From: Octopus vulgaris
Lineage: Eukaryota
Length of the DNA stretch: 64,000 nt
Reading direction: 5' to 3'
Assembly: GCA_951406725.2 (NCBI GenBank)
Contig: OX597814.1
Location: 36,208,001-36,272,000, forward strand
Shown here: positions 12,268-24,606 of the stretch, piece after piece
Numbering within the stretch: position 1 is the stretch's first letter
Layout of the letters: the number at the start of each line of letters is the position of its first letter
Program-made: the position numbers and the translations under genes
The notes under the pieces: generated by a model
What the model was told of the DNA's origin: nothing
Seen by the model: the letters and a program-made list of their open reading frames with translations, nothing else
Database searches by the model: none

Positions 12268-12520
12268 CTTTCTTTATTGGCCACACAGGGCTGAACACAG
12301 AGGGGACAAATGCAAATGTAGAGCTTTTCTTTTCGAATATGGAAAAAGAAAAAAGGGAAAAAAAGGAAACAAATGTAAAATTCCGATCAAAAAGGATCAG
12401 AAAAAAAAAAAGGCGATCAAAAGGGATCATGTATCACAGAAAGAAATTAAAAAAAAAAAAAAAGTAAGAAACAAGATTAGGTTCATCCGTGGAAAGAAAA
12501 ACCTGCAGAAAAGAGTTCTT
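12268..12520 (-). mobile_element. Retroelement 3' tail (LINE-like); second copy at 42575-42820 (+)
   Basis: Both copies share ctttttgatcg..aaagaaaagctctac..atttgtcccctctgtgttcagccctgtgtgg.caataaagaaa. Confidence 0.6.
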
Positions 12521-12830
12521 CAGAAGATATCATCATCATCTTAATATAAATTTTTCACTGCTTGTTGAGGTAGATTTTTTACCGAAGGATGCCATTCCTG
12601 TAACCAGCCTTCAACTGCTTTTCAATATTTCATATGATCAGACTGGGAATGCTCAGCATTGCTTCTATGAGGTTGATGCTCATTTGCAACTATCAGAGGA
12701 AGAAGATAAGGGTACATATAAACTCACAGACACACATATATGTATGCATACTCCACCACACACATACATACATATACATACATACATACATACATACATA
12801 CATACATACATACATACATACATACATACA

Positions 12831-12866
<36 letters not shown>

Positions 12867-13150
12867 CATACATAAATGATGGCAGCAGACTCATGTTTGA
12901 GTATTGTCATTACCTGATCGAAAGTTCCACACATGTGAAGGCTATGACCAGCCAATTTTGTGACAAGTCTTCCTTTTTTTTACAAGTGATGCCTGTGTAT
13001 GTTGATTTTTTATAATGAGGAAAGGATTCACTTGAATCAAATCCCACTGCCTGAACATGGACAAAGAATAAATCCTGAGGTCAATCTGTTTGACTGAAAA
13101 TGCAATGCTCCAGCATGGCTGCAGTCAAATGACTGAAGCAAGTAAACGAA

Positions 13151-13336
<186 letters not shown>

Positions 13337-13439
13337 TAGATAGATAGATAGATAGATACATACATATACATATACATATATATATGTATATAGATATTAA
13401 TAATAAGAAATACAATAGAGACTTGTACATCAACAAAAT

Positions 13440-14165
13440 TTATTTTATAGCTAAATGCAACATATTATAATGACCTACACGTGTTTCTGCTGCAATGAAT
13501 ACTCACTGTTGCAAATGAACCCCTGCAATATTGCTGATGCAACTTCATCAGGCTCCCTTTGGTCATCCTTGATAGGCTTGGTCTTAAAATAGGTTAAGGT
13601 TGAGGTTGTTGTTTTTGTAAGGCTCTTTGACCATTTTAAAGGTTGTGTGCATTATTTTTGATTTCACATGTAGTGCTTGTATTGAAGGGTTCTAGTTTGT
13701 TTATATTCATTCTTTTGGTTGGGCTGCTCTTTATTTGTGCTGTACATTGTGTATGGTCTTTGTCTTTAATTAATGATGGTTATTAAATAGTTTTATATTT
13801 AGGGTGTATTTGTTATATGAAGCCCAATTGTTGCTGTGGTGTTGGCTATCTGGAATTATCTTTATATCTCTTAAAGATCCAGCTGTGCTTGTTCGTATCT
13901 TGTATAAATTAATGTCTTGTTTTGATGTAAATATTTGGTAAAGCTCCTCTACACACAAGAGGCATCTATCTCCTCTTACTCAATATTAGCAGTACTAATT
14001 ACTTCCCAGTCAGTAGAATAGATATTGTTTTTGGTTGACCAAATTAGTTTACTTAGGCTTATATTATTTATTTTTTTTCATCTCTAAAGGATTTTTTGAA
14101 AAAAGAGAGCTAGCCCATATATAAAAGTATTCCCTTCCCTCCAAGATAACTTTACATCTATAGAC
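13440..14165 (-). mobile_element. PLE 3' fragment: GIY-YIG C-terminus followed by a pLTR with hammerhead
   Basis: Minus strand reads EYFYIW..SLSKLIWSTKN..YSTDWEVI...RCLLCVEELYQI. An HHR lies downstream at 13472-13555. Confidence 0.65.
13472..13555 (-). ncRNA. Type I hammerhead ribozyme, near-intact
   Basis: Minus strand reads GAGC-CTGATGA-a-GTTGCA...TGCAGC-a-GAA-ACACGTGT-A-GGTC. Core intact, stem III palindromic, GUA triplet, one mismatch in stem I. Confidence 0.7.
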
Positions 14166-14303
14166 CAGATTCTTAGTTTATATATATATATGCAATAGCA
14201 TCACATTGCCTTGGCCTTGTTATCTTATATTATTTAATATATATACACACTCATGCACACACACACATATAAGTATAAAATATACATGTATATATATATA
14301 TAT

Positions 14304-14396
<93 letters not shown>

Positions 14397-14492
14397 TTCA
14401 CAAAAAATTAGATTCAAATGAATATGGTACTTAATTTAGATGCACTAGAATTTTGTATGGTGTTATCCATAAAAATCCTTGGGGTGATTATA

Positions 14493-14611
14493 ATCAAAAT
14501 AAGCAATAAGTGACTGTAATTTGCGTACGATCGTTTCGTACTACATAAAATGATGTAGTATGAAACGATCGTACCGAAATTACCAGAGTCGTTCTTGTTG
14601 CTTATTTTGAT
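14493..14611. repeat. Short foldback; each arm carries an HHR 3' half (GAAACGATCGTA)
   Basis: atcaaaataagcaa..tacgatcgtttcgtactacat / atgtagtatgaaacgatcgta..ttgcttattttgat, lying between (TA)n tracts. Confidence 0.7.
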
Positions 14612-14633
14612 ATATATATATATATATGTGTGT

Positions 14634-14677
<44 letters not shown>

Positions 14678-15308
14678 ATATACAGAAGGGTACTATATGA
14701 GTATCTGCATCACTAAGAATAAAAGTTAAAAATTTTCTATGCCACAGCTAGTATTTGCTTGCCACTAGTGATTGTATTTTAATTGTACTATTGCTCTCAT
14801 ATTTACTTATCATCAACATCGTCATCACTTTGACTGAGGACTGGTGAGCTAGAAGGCTGCACCAGGCTCCAATCTGATCTGGCATGGTTTCTGCAGCTGA
14901 ATGCCTTTCCTAATGCCAGCCATTCCAAGAGTGTAGTGGGTGCTTTTACATGCCACTGGCACGAGGGCCAGTCAGGCAGTTCTGGCAATGACCATGTTTA
15001 AAAGGACTTTTTTACGTGCTACCTGCATGGGAACCAGTCTGGCATCACTGGCAATGACCACGCCCGAATGTTGTTTTTCATGTGCCCCCCGCCACATGTG
15101 CCAGTAAGGCAACACTGATAATGATCACGCTCGAATTGTGCTTTTTACGTGCCACCGGCACGGTAGCCAGTCAGCAGTCCTGGCAATGAACACACTTTGA
15201 TGGTGCTTTTAATGTTCCACTGGCACACACATATATATATGTATGTGGGTGTGTGTGTATATATATATATATGTGTGTATATATATGTTACACATATGTA
15301 TGCATATA

Positions 15309-15340
<32 letters not shown>

Positions 15341-15659
15341 CATACATACATATATATTAAATAATTGATAGGGAAGACAGTGTACTGTAAGCTTTATTTA
15401 GAATGACAATCATTTTGGTTTACATCTGCACTGCTCCCTAATGAGTAGGGAACAATATAATGGAGTCGAGTTCACCCCACAGTGCAGAAGAAACCTCATT
15501 GGGTCACATAGTATGTTGCAGTGTTATAAAACGTACATTTCCCTACCATGTGTGGCAGAATGTTGTTGGTAAGACGCATGCATTTTTAGTAGTTTGTAAG
15601 TCCATTACTGAAGTGGGATGTTTGGCATGTTTTCATAGAGTGATTGGTAAAAAATGCAA

Positions 15660-15758
15660 CGAACCAGATACAAGTTATAGATGGGAAGATCAGAATGGCT
15701 TTTGAATGAAAATCACTCTAAGTCCATGCACACATGCATGGACATACACACAGAAAAA

Positions 15759-15836
<78 letters not shown>

Positions 15837-15947
15837 CATATATATATTTATATATTTCTCTGTGTGTCCATGCAGTGTCCATGGGCTTAGAGTGTTTTTC
15901 ATTCAAAAGCCATTCTGATCTTCCCATCTATACTTTGTATCTGATTC
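15660..15947. repeat. ~85-bp inverted duplication around polyA/(TA)n at the 5' end of a PLE
   Basis: 15660-15755 versus 15855-15947. The ORF track shows MGRSEWLLNE on both strands. Confidence 0.8.
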
Positions 15948-15949
15948 TA

Positions 15950-17365
15950 AGTTTAGAAGTCGTTGACTGGTTTAAAGCCATTAAGAATAAGAATAAAGCG
16001 AGATTCCCACATATTGCTGATTTTTATGCCTCTATCTCTAAGAAACTGCTAGATAAAGCCCTCACCTTCACAAGCGAATTCATAGAAATCAGTATACAGG
16101 ATAAGGACATAATCTTCCATGCTAGAAAGACTTTACTCTGCAGCGAGAACACAGAGTGGGTCAAGACTACTGATACAGCAGGTGCTTTTGATGTGAGCAT
16201 GGGGTCATATGATGGAGCAGGCATATGTGATCTTATTGGACTATTCCTACTTGATATGTTGGGCAAGACTTTTCCCAACATATACTTCGCTATTTATAAA
16301 AATGATGCCCTAGCTTTAACTGCAAATACCAATGGACCAACGCAGAATCGGTTTAGGAAGGAAATTATCCATTTGATGAAAGCTTTTAGTCTTAGCATAT
16401 CTACTGATACCAACCTGACAGTTGTCAATTTCCTAGATGTATCCTCAGATCTAAATAAGAATATTTATAAACCTTATAGGAAGCCCAACGACAGACTTAG
16501 TTATATTAATGTGGGTTCCTGCCATCTTCGCATAGTGTTTAAAAATTTAGTTAAAAACATTAGCAAAAGAATTTCTAGCCTTTCCTCCAATAGGGACATT
16601 TTTTATAGCATTGCCCCAGTATATAATAAGGCTCTAAAAGATAGTGGATTTAGCGAGGAAATAACCTATACACCTTCCACCAGTCCAATAATAAAGAAAA
16701 GGAAACATAGGAATAGGAAAACTATCTAGTTCACACATTCCTACTCACCCAAAGTGACCTTTAATATAGGCAAGTATTTCTTAGCACTGATGGATAGACA
16801 TTTTTCAGTCAACCATAATTACAGAAAGCTCTTCAATAGACATAACTTAAAAATCAGTTTCAGTTTAACTACTAATTTTTAGAATATAATCGCACACAAC
16901 ACACAAAAACCACAACATAAAACCAGCTGTTCATGCAGGCATAAACATTTCTGCCTGCTAAATGGAGCTTGCATGTCCAAAACAATAATTTATGAAGCCA
17001 CCGTGAACTCTATATCCACTAAGGACATGGTTTTGATGAAGAAATATGTGGGCCTTACAGAGGATAATTTTAAGGCCAGATTCAATAATCAAACTTTGAG
17101 CTTCAGGCACTGGGAATAAAGGAAAACGACCAAATTATCCAGTCATATATGGTCTTTAAAAGATAAAGGTGTCAGTTATAACATACATTGGAAGCACTTA
17201 GCCAAATGTAAGCCCTACACCAACGGCAGTGGAAAGTGCAGTCTATGCGATATGGAGAGATGGCTCACCTGGAAAAGCAGCTTAGACGCTGCTACATGTC
17301 TAAATTCAAGAACTGAACTTTCCGGGTCATGTCCACACGTAGCTCAATATTTGGTACATTTTGGT
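15950..17365 (+). mobile_element. Penelope-like element (Naiad-type), 5'-truncated RT + GIY-YIG; best-preserved copy in the window
   Basis: ORF 15734-16729 has DWFKAIKNK, DFYASIS, FDVSMGSYDGAGICDLIG, YKNDAL, VNFLDV, YKPYRKPN. Downstream frames give SCSCRHKHFCLLNGAC, IIYEATV..YVGLTE..FKARF, LSSHIW, KCSLC, SCPH. Confidence 0.9.
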
Positions 17366-17546
17366 TCCCCCCACACAGATTACAGATAGAACTTGCTTTC
17401 TATATTGCGTCCACATACATGCTTTTTATCTCTCTTTACTTTATACTTATAATTCTTATATATTTTTTATATATTTTTTACATATTTATAGAAATATTAT
17501 TTCATAGTTTTATTGCTCATATATATTTTACACATAATTTTATATG

Positions 17547-17598
<52 letters not shown>

Positions 17599-17842
17599 TG
17601 TGTGTGTGTGTGTATGTATTTGTATATATTTGTGCGTCTGTGTTTGTCACCCCATCATCGCTTGACAACTGATGCTGGTGTGTTTATGTCCCCATAACTT
17701 AGCAGTTTAGCCAAAGATCTTGATAAAATAAGTACTAGGTTTACAAAGAATAAGTCCTGGGGTAGATTTGTTTGACTAAAGATGGTTCTCCAGCATGGCC
17801 ACAGTCAAATGACTGAAACAAGTAGGAGAATAAAAGAATATA

Positions 17843-18383
17843 CAGGGTTATTCAAAAAGAATGAACCGATTTCATTATGCGATATTTTAATAAGGAAAAG
17901 CAATAGAAATCTCCAGCTAAGTTACTCACAATTAACTTTTATTTCCTGTCTTACAAGTGTTCAATGTGGCCACCACCTGCAACACGGGCAACATCAATGC
18001 AATAAGAGGATTCTTCCCAGTCGCATATCAGGATATCAAGATCCACTGAGTTGATCACTGTTGTTATTCGATGTTTAAGGTCATTGAGGTTAGTGGGTGG
18101 CAGTGGAACATAAACATGATCTTTTACACATCCACTCAAGAAAAAAATCACACATAGTGAGATCTGGGGATCTGGCAAGCCAAGCACAAAGAGTGTCTTG
18201 GAGGAATTCTCTTATTGCATTGATGTTGCCCATGCTGCAGGTGGTGGCTATATTGAACACTTGTAAGACAGGAAATAAAAGTTAATTGTGAGTAAATACT
18301 TGTGACTTAGCTGGAGTTCTCTATTGCTTTTCCTTATTAAAATATTGTGTAATGAAATCGGTCCATTGTTTTGAATAACCCTG
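17843..18383. mobile_element. Mariner/maT(DD37D)-like deletion derivative with ~180-bp TIRs
   Basis: Termini read TA|CAGGGTTATTCAAAA..TTTTGAATAACCCTG|TA. Minus-strand remnant reads (R)SPDL..CDFF/GCVKDHVY..DLKHRI..GGGHIEHL*. Confidence 0.85.
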
Positions 18384-19138
18384 TATTTATATGTATCACG
18401 AGCTATTTTCAGCTCTCATCTACTAAATCCAGTCACAAGTTTTTGGTGTTCAGCCTGAGGCTGCAATAGAAGACACTTTACCAAGATACTACACAGTGGG
18501 AATAAATCCAAAACCATATGGTTGGGAAGCAAGCGTCTCAATCACACATGCCTGTGTTTTACTCAGCAATGGAATAGAGTGAATGCTGAAAAGTATATTG
18601 TATAATACACCAAAACTGAATTCTAAAGTGACTGTAAATATTTGAGGCATATGATGCAATTCAAATCTTCACTGCAGAGAGAGAGAATGATGTAATGAAT
18701 GAGATAGTTCAATTGAAATTAAAAGAGGTATTTTCCCAAAGAGATTCATTAGCAACACATCAATTTGTAATTATTTTGATCCTCCTGTCTTATATTTCCC
18801 TGATGATTAAACCATATATTAGCCCAAAATAATGAAGGGAATAAACATTAATGATGATGGATTACTGAAAATTTTATTGAAGAAAGCAAAAAAATTAGAG
18901 GTTCTTTAATACAGCATTTCATGTTCAGGAGACATTTCTGGATGAAGTTTGTGATATACAAGAGTGATATGCTTGCAGTTAAGAGAATAGGAAGAACAAT
19001 GTCTGAGAAATCAAAAATACAAGAAGCAGAGCATGAAGTGAGCTTTTAGTTATTCACTTGATCTATTAGAAACAGTAGACAATTATCCAGCAAATCATAG
19101 AATCATATCCAATCATCTTAAAATAAGAAGACAATATA

Positions 19139-19159
<21 letters not shown>

Positions 19160-19170
<11 letters not shown>

Positions 19171-19420
19171 ATTAGGGAATAAATCCAAACTTACTGGGAA
19201 AAATTAGATTTAGGATTAAATCCAATTTTATAGTATATAAATATATTATATTATATAATATATATTATATTATATTAAATTAGAGATAAAACCACTATTA
19301 GGCAAATCAAACAGTGAAAAACATAAGCCAATACATAAAATTAATTTAAAAATATAAAAGTTAAAAATAAAAAATTATTTAAACTTATAAATTTTATATA
19401 TATATACAGATATATATATA
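19160..19420. mobile_element. (TA)n-embedded non-coding repeat family; other pieces at 45940-45974 and 60025-60100
   Basis: attagggaataaatccaaa.ttac.gggaaaaa..agatttaggattaaatccaatttta and attaaattagagataaaacc..tattaggcaaat recur, always inside TA runs. Confidence 0.65.
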
Positions 19421-19889
19421 TACAAATATATATATATATGTATGTATGTATATTTTTATATTTATATATTATTTCATTTACTAATTAATTAATTAATTAA
19501 TTTTTTTTTATATATATCAAAAGTATTAAAAGTTTAATAAAAGATAAAGAGTAAAACACTATATATATATATACAAGGTCCCACAATAGGACGGGATTGA
19601 TCATGACCGAAATACTTTTGATCAAAAGCATTATTTGAATCAAAGATGATGCAGAGTATACTGGATGCATTTTATTGTGGCACTAGCACTAGTGTCTGAG
19701 AGTCATATTAAGAGAGAGAATTGACAGTTGAATGGCAAATGTTTGAGTAAATATGATAAAGAATGAAACTGGAGGGCTTGTGTACTAATAGTTTGCTTCG
19801 CTATCCCTTGTTACCTCAGGCAACATGGTTCACTGAATAGGATAGGAGATGATAAATGAGAGGATAATATATACATACATACATACATT

Positions 19890-20420
19890 ATGGCTGCCCC
19901 CTCGTTATCGAGTATGGCCATTGCATGAAGCTTAACCATTACTGGTGCTGTGATTGAATGTGACTTTTTAGCCCAGCTAAAGATCTACAATGTCTTGTAC
20001 AGAATTGGCAACTAAAACCTTTACCGGTAATAGCCAGCTGTAACTTGGCTTCATGTACCTTTGCATGTCGTTTAAGTCCTCCTGCCGAATCACACTCTCT
20101 TCCACATGCCCGACAGATATGATTAGTATGGTGTGTTATACCACCACTACCAGTGGCCAAGTTGTCACTCATCCGTCTCGCTTTATGACTATGAAGATGA
20201 CTCTTGAGGCCAGCTTTACTGAGGCAGGGTCTTGCACAGACACTGCATGTCAGCATCATAGGAAGACCCTTCCCATCTGGAAGTGTAACAGCGATGCCCT
20301 TCCTGACACCCCTCCTTACTTTCTCATGTGCAACTTGAGATTTCTCAGAAGTGGCTGTCCCCTCGTGCACAATCCTTCTCCACCTGCTACGATCAATAGC
20401 TATGCCTTCCCATGTGTCAT
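19890..20420 (-). mobile_element. RTE-type LINE 3' end with three C2H2 zinc fingers, in (TACA)n
   Basis: WEGIAIDRSRWRRIVHEG is an RTE C-terminal motif. It is followed by CSVC..GLKSHLHSH, CRAC..GLKRHAKVH and CQFC..GLKSHIQSQH, then a short 3'UTR ending gcagccataa and a microsatellite. Confidence 0.75.
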
Positions 20421-20464
20421 ACATACATACATACATACATACATACATACATACATACATACAT

Positions 20465-20600
20465 AGGAGAATCTGGATAAACTGAGATTTACAGAAAGAG
20501 AAAGCGACCAGCTAATTCATACATTACGAGTGCAATCTGTGAATGGAACAGTAAAAATATGCAAGACTTTTCTCAAATTCCAAATCTGTCTGTGTTAACT
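20465..20600 (+). mobile_element. RLE-LINE extreme 3' fragment
   Basis: Reads ENLDKLRFTERESDQLIHTLRVQSVNGTVKICKTFLKF, similar to 2580-2680 on the minus strand. Confidence 0.4.
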
Positions 20601-22468
20601 ACATCCCAAAGATGGTGCCTTGTGTCTTTGTTGGAAACTGGCTCCCACCTCAGTGGAAGATTTATAATAATTAAAAAATAGAAGAGATATATAACTACAG
20701 TGTTCTTGTACACAATTCTATTCTTCAAATTTATTTCACAAGGCTTTGGTCAGTTTAAGGCAATGGCAGAAAATATTTGCCCATGGTCTCAGATTCTGGA
20801 AACGCTCTTGGAAGCATGTGGCTACCAAACAAATTTCTGAAGCTCAGTCATCAAAAAAGAAAGAAAAGAGAAATGTGTGTGCATATTCAGGAAAAATTGA
20901 GCATGAACAAATAAATGCATTACAATCAAAAGAAAATAAATTAAGGACAAGAAAATTGGAAAGAGAAATTGTCATACGTTAGTTAGTTTATCAGGCAAAT
21001 GACAACCACGAAGAAGAAACCAGGAAGAAGAAGCAACAGGTGAAAGAAAAGTCTAGTTAAAGCATGAATAAACAGAGATTACTACTAATTAAGTGTTGAA
21101 AATGTGACGAAATTATATTATAATCACATAGTGTGTGAACATAGCAAGATTACACAAACATAAGATAAAACAATGATACTTTAGGAGGATACAATGAAAT
21201 AAGGAATAAAATAAATGAAAAGAAAGCATTGTTACTAACCAGATTATTATTGTTTTTGTTTTTTGTGAATGACAGCTAAAGATTCAGAGACCAGATATTA
21301 TTATGGTAAAGAAAATTTAAATAAGTAAAATTATAGATTTTTTCAATTCCATATCATCACAGGTTTGATGCAAATGAAAGAAAGAAAGATTAAAAAAAAA
21401 ATCTCTAAATTTGATCAGAAAATTGAGGAAATTCTAAAACGTGAATGAATGTTGTGTTTGCTGCCATAGAAGAACTGATAGAAAACAGAAAACAGCTAAT
21501 CAAGAGAGTTAGAGACATTACATCAGAATTGAGACTTAGATAGTGGAATTGCGGATATCTGTCAGCTTGTATCTGCAAAAAGAATTCTTTTCAAATTCCT
21601 TGAGAGTTGAAGAGACTTAGTACTAAATCTCAAACACGACTAAGTTGGCATGGTCAGTGTGAAACTTTGTTATAATGATAATAGAAATATAAAAAAAACA
21701 CAGAAGAAATCAAGATGAAGTATAAAAAAGAAATTAGACACATCAAGAAAAGGCAAGCTATCCTGGAAATGAAAGAAAAATTGATAAATTTGATCTCAGT
21801 AAAGACATGCCTGATAAACTGTGAGTGATTTTCCAGATAAGATAATGCATTTGAAGAAAAAAAAACAATATAAAGTTCTATAAAGATACATGAATAGAGA
21901 AATATTAACACACAATGAAAAAGTAACACACAGTGAGAAAATATGGAATGTAAAGTTAACGCAGAGATACTACAAGTATGGCCCAAAATAATTAATAAGC
22001 AATTTAAAATTCAATCAATGAACCGAACTACTAGAAGACTTTAGAGCTTTATAGAGTTCCCAATTTATAGTTAAAATACTTCACAAGTACACATAGACTT
22101 ATAAGTGACTACATTCAATAAATTAACGATAACTATGTAATCAACACCTAATTAGTTACCTGCGGAGAAGCACTATTCACTGACAACTGCTTCCCCTCCC
22201 CTACTCAAAAACAAAACAAAATAATTGTCTGCTTATTTGGAAAATAATAACAATTTATCAGAAGGAAGGTTTGTTAAAAACAAAATGTTTGGTAAGCTGG
22301 TCAGCTACTAATCATTGCAAAATGGAAAATATGCATGCCTAGCAAGGATTAATTACTAGAAAGCTTTTAAGAGCATACTGTTCACAGTATTAGGGACCTG
22401 TACATGTGTAAAACTGTCCCAATTCTATGACAGTATATCTACCATCCAAACATAGGAAACAATTGTAT

Positions 22469-22883
22469 GATTTTGTTGTATTTAGGAATGGTCATTTTTG
22501 CCAGTTTAGCCAATAAAAACACACGCTCTATATATTTGGTGTTAATTTGCTTCAGCTTTATTTATTTTTTTACATTAATCTTAATCTTATTTCGGCCAGA
22601 GTTCTTTCGTTACACTTCTGTGACCTCATCAGTGCTTTCTTCTTTCTTATTTGTGGCTGAAAAACGGTTGATCGTTAGTAAAGAGAGACACACAAATAAG
22701 AAAGAAGAAAGCAAAGGACCACTGATGAGGTCACAGAAGTGTGACAAAGGAACTCTGGCTGAAATAAGATTAAGATTAATGTAAAAAATGAATAAAGCTG
22801 AAGCAAATGAACACCAAATATATAGTGCATGTGTTTTTATTGGCTAAACTGGCAACACGACCATTCCTAAATACAACAATATC
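22469..22883. mobile_element. Foldback (~185-bp arms); each arm carries a minimal hammerhead motif
   Basis: 22469-22654 versus 22690-22883, inverted. Consensus reads ggacca-CTGATGA-g-GTCAC agaagt GTGAC-GAAA-gaac-TC-tggcc. Confidence 0.75.
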
Positions 22884-24553
22884 TGTTTCAACACACGATT
22901 TCACATCAAGAATCTTGCAAAACAAATATATAAACGTAACTGTATGATTGTATGATAAAAAAAAAACAAAGGTAAGACTGTTGGCTGTGATTTAATCAGG
23001 ATGGAAGGGGCTTTCACTGTTATTTCTTGTAAGTGAAGCAACCACATACAGTCCTCCCCATTAGCTCAACCAATGCTCTATTGAGGGATGTCTGATGTAT
23101 CATAGATCAAATGACACGTTCTAGCAATTTGAATCTTTAATTTAATTTCAGCTTTTCATTTCTTGTGCAACTAATCCTATTTGGAAAATCATTAAAACCA
23201 CAACTTCTGGTTTAGCTCCCTTAATACATACTGTTTATATATCTCATTTCATATGAATGAATTCACAAAACAGAAAAGAAATTTTTCTACCTGCTCATTA
23301 TTTACGATGTTTGGATAAATTCCAGTAATTATTGTTTGGCCCTGTTCTACCAGTGACTATCCTATAGAGGTTGCTCTGTTAACATTTTGTAGTGCCACTG
23401 GGAAGAGTATACTTTATTTCACATTGCTTGTTGGATACAGTTACCAGATATTCTGCTAGAAGAAATTCAGCACAATGAACATCTATTAATATTATGGTTT
23501 TACTTGTTGGGTCTTCATGGAGATACAGTTTGGCATGTACTTTTACCTAATAAAATACAATGGTGTGGTAGAAATAGAACACACAATTCTATATTGCTTT
23601 CTTTCTTTCTGTTTTCTCACATTGTTCTGTTTCTTGAGTTCAAATCCCATTAGGATAGACCTTGTCTTTCATAACTTCAGGGGCAATAAAATAACTATGA
23701 GTAATACACAGGTGTCTTACAAGAATGCAGTAATGTATTAGTGTCTTGCATATTACACAGCAATATAGTGAAATCTTAAAAAGTTATTGACTAATGCCAA
23801 AGCTAGAGAGTAATATTTTTACCAAGTAAGAAGAAACCCCATATTGTATCACGTAAAAAAAAAGTTAGACAATAAAATAAAATAAAAGTAAAGAAAAATG
23901 TATTAGATGCAATAAGCTTTTCTCTTGAATAAGAATTGGCTAGTTGGTCTCCATAACAGTTGTCAGCAGGCAGAAATATAAATATGACAGTGAGATAGAA
24001 ATAGACTGCCAATGTGATGAGATGTATTCCATTGTCAATTCTTCATAATCATGTATGTTGTTTCAGGTGTATGTCTATATATGTATGTCTGTGTGTGTGT
24101 TTTCTATTGAAAGAAGTTTTGCCTGGCTGGCTATAGCTGAATATCAGAAGCCTGTAAGAGATTGCCAATTAATATATTTACAGATATATTCGAATATAAG
24201 ATATTCTTTTTTAATAAACATACAATTTAGCCTCATTGGGGGAAAGTAGACGGTGATTGCAATAATACAGTGTTTATCTGTCTATGTGCAGTAAAAAGGA
24301 TCGATCCAATTAATTTCTAGACTTGTTTGGCTTTCATCAAAAAAACAAGTGTTATTTCTCTCATGATGTTAAGATCAAGCATATCTAATTTCTATCACAT
24401 ATCAGAAATCTTTTCACATAATCATTCACACTGTAGAATTGTCACAGCTCTAAGTAATGAATAATTTAGAGGCTATATTTTGAGTACCTCCAATGAAAAT
24501 TGCCTGGCTACGACTAATTATGGTGTACCTTGCAAAATATGTATATATCATAT

Positions 24554-24589
<36 letters not shown>

Positions 24590-24606
24590 TGTATGTATGT
24601 ATATTT

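Noticed and set aside
15425-15510. Hammerhead (CTAATGA..GAAACCTCATTGGGTC)
   Set aside because: The core G is mutated and no stem I pairing can be drawn.
19939-20460. Host C2H2 zinc-finger gene
   Set aside because: It begins in a microsatellite, carries the RTE C-terminal motif and has a LINE-type 3' tail.
20800-21960. Purine-rich region as a LINE ORF1 or coiled-coil gene
   Set aside because: It has many stops and no diagnostic motif.
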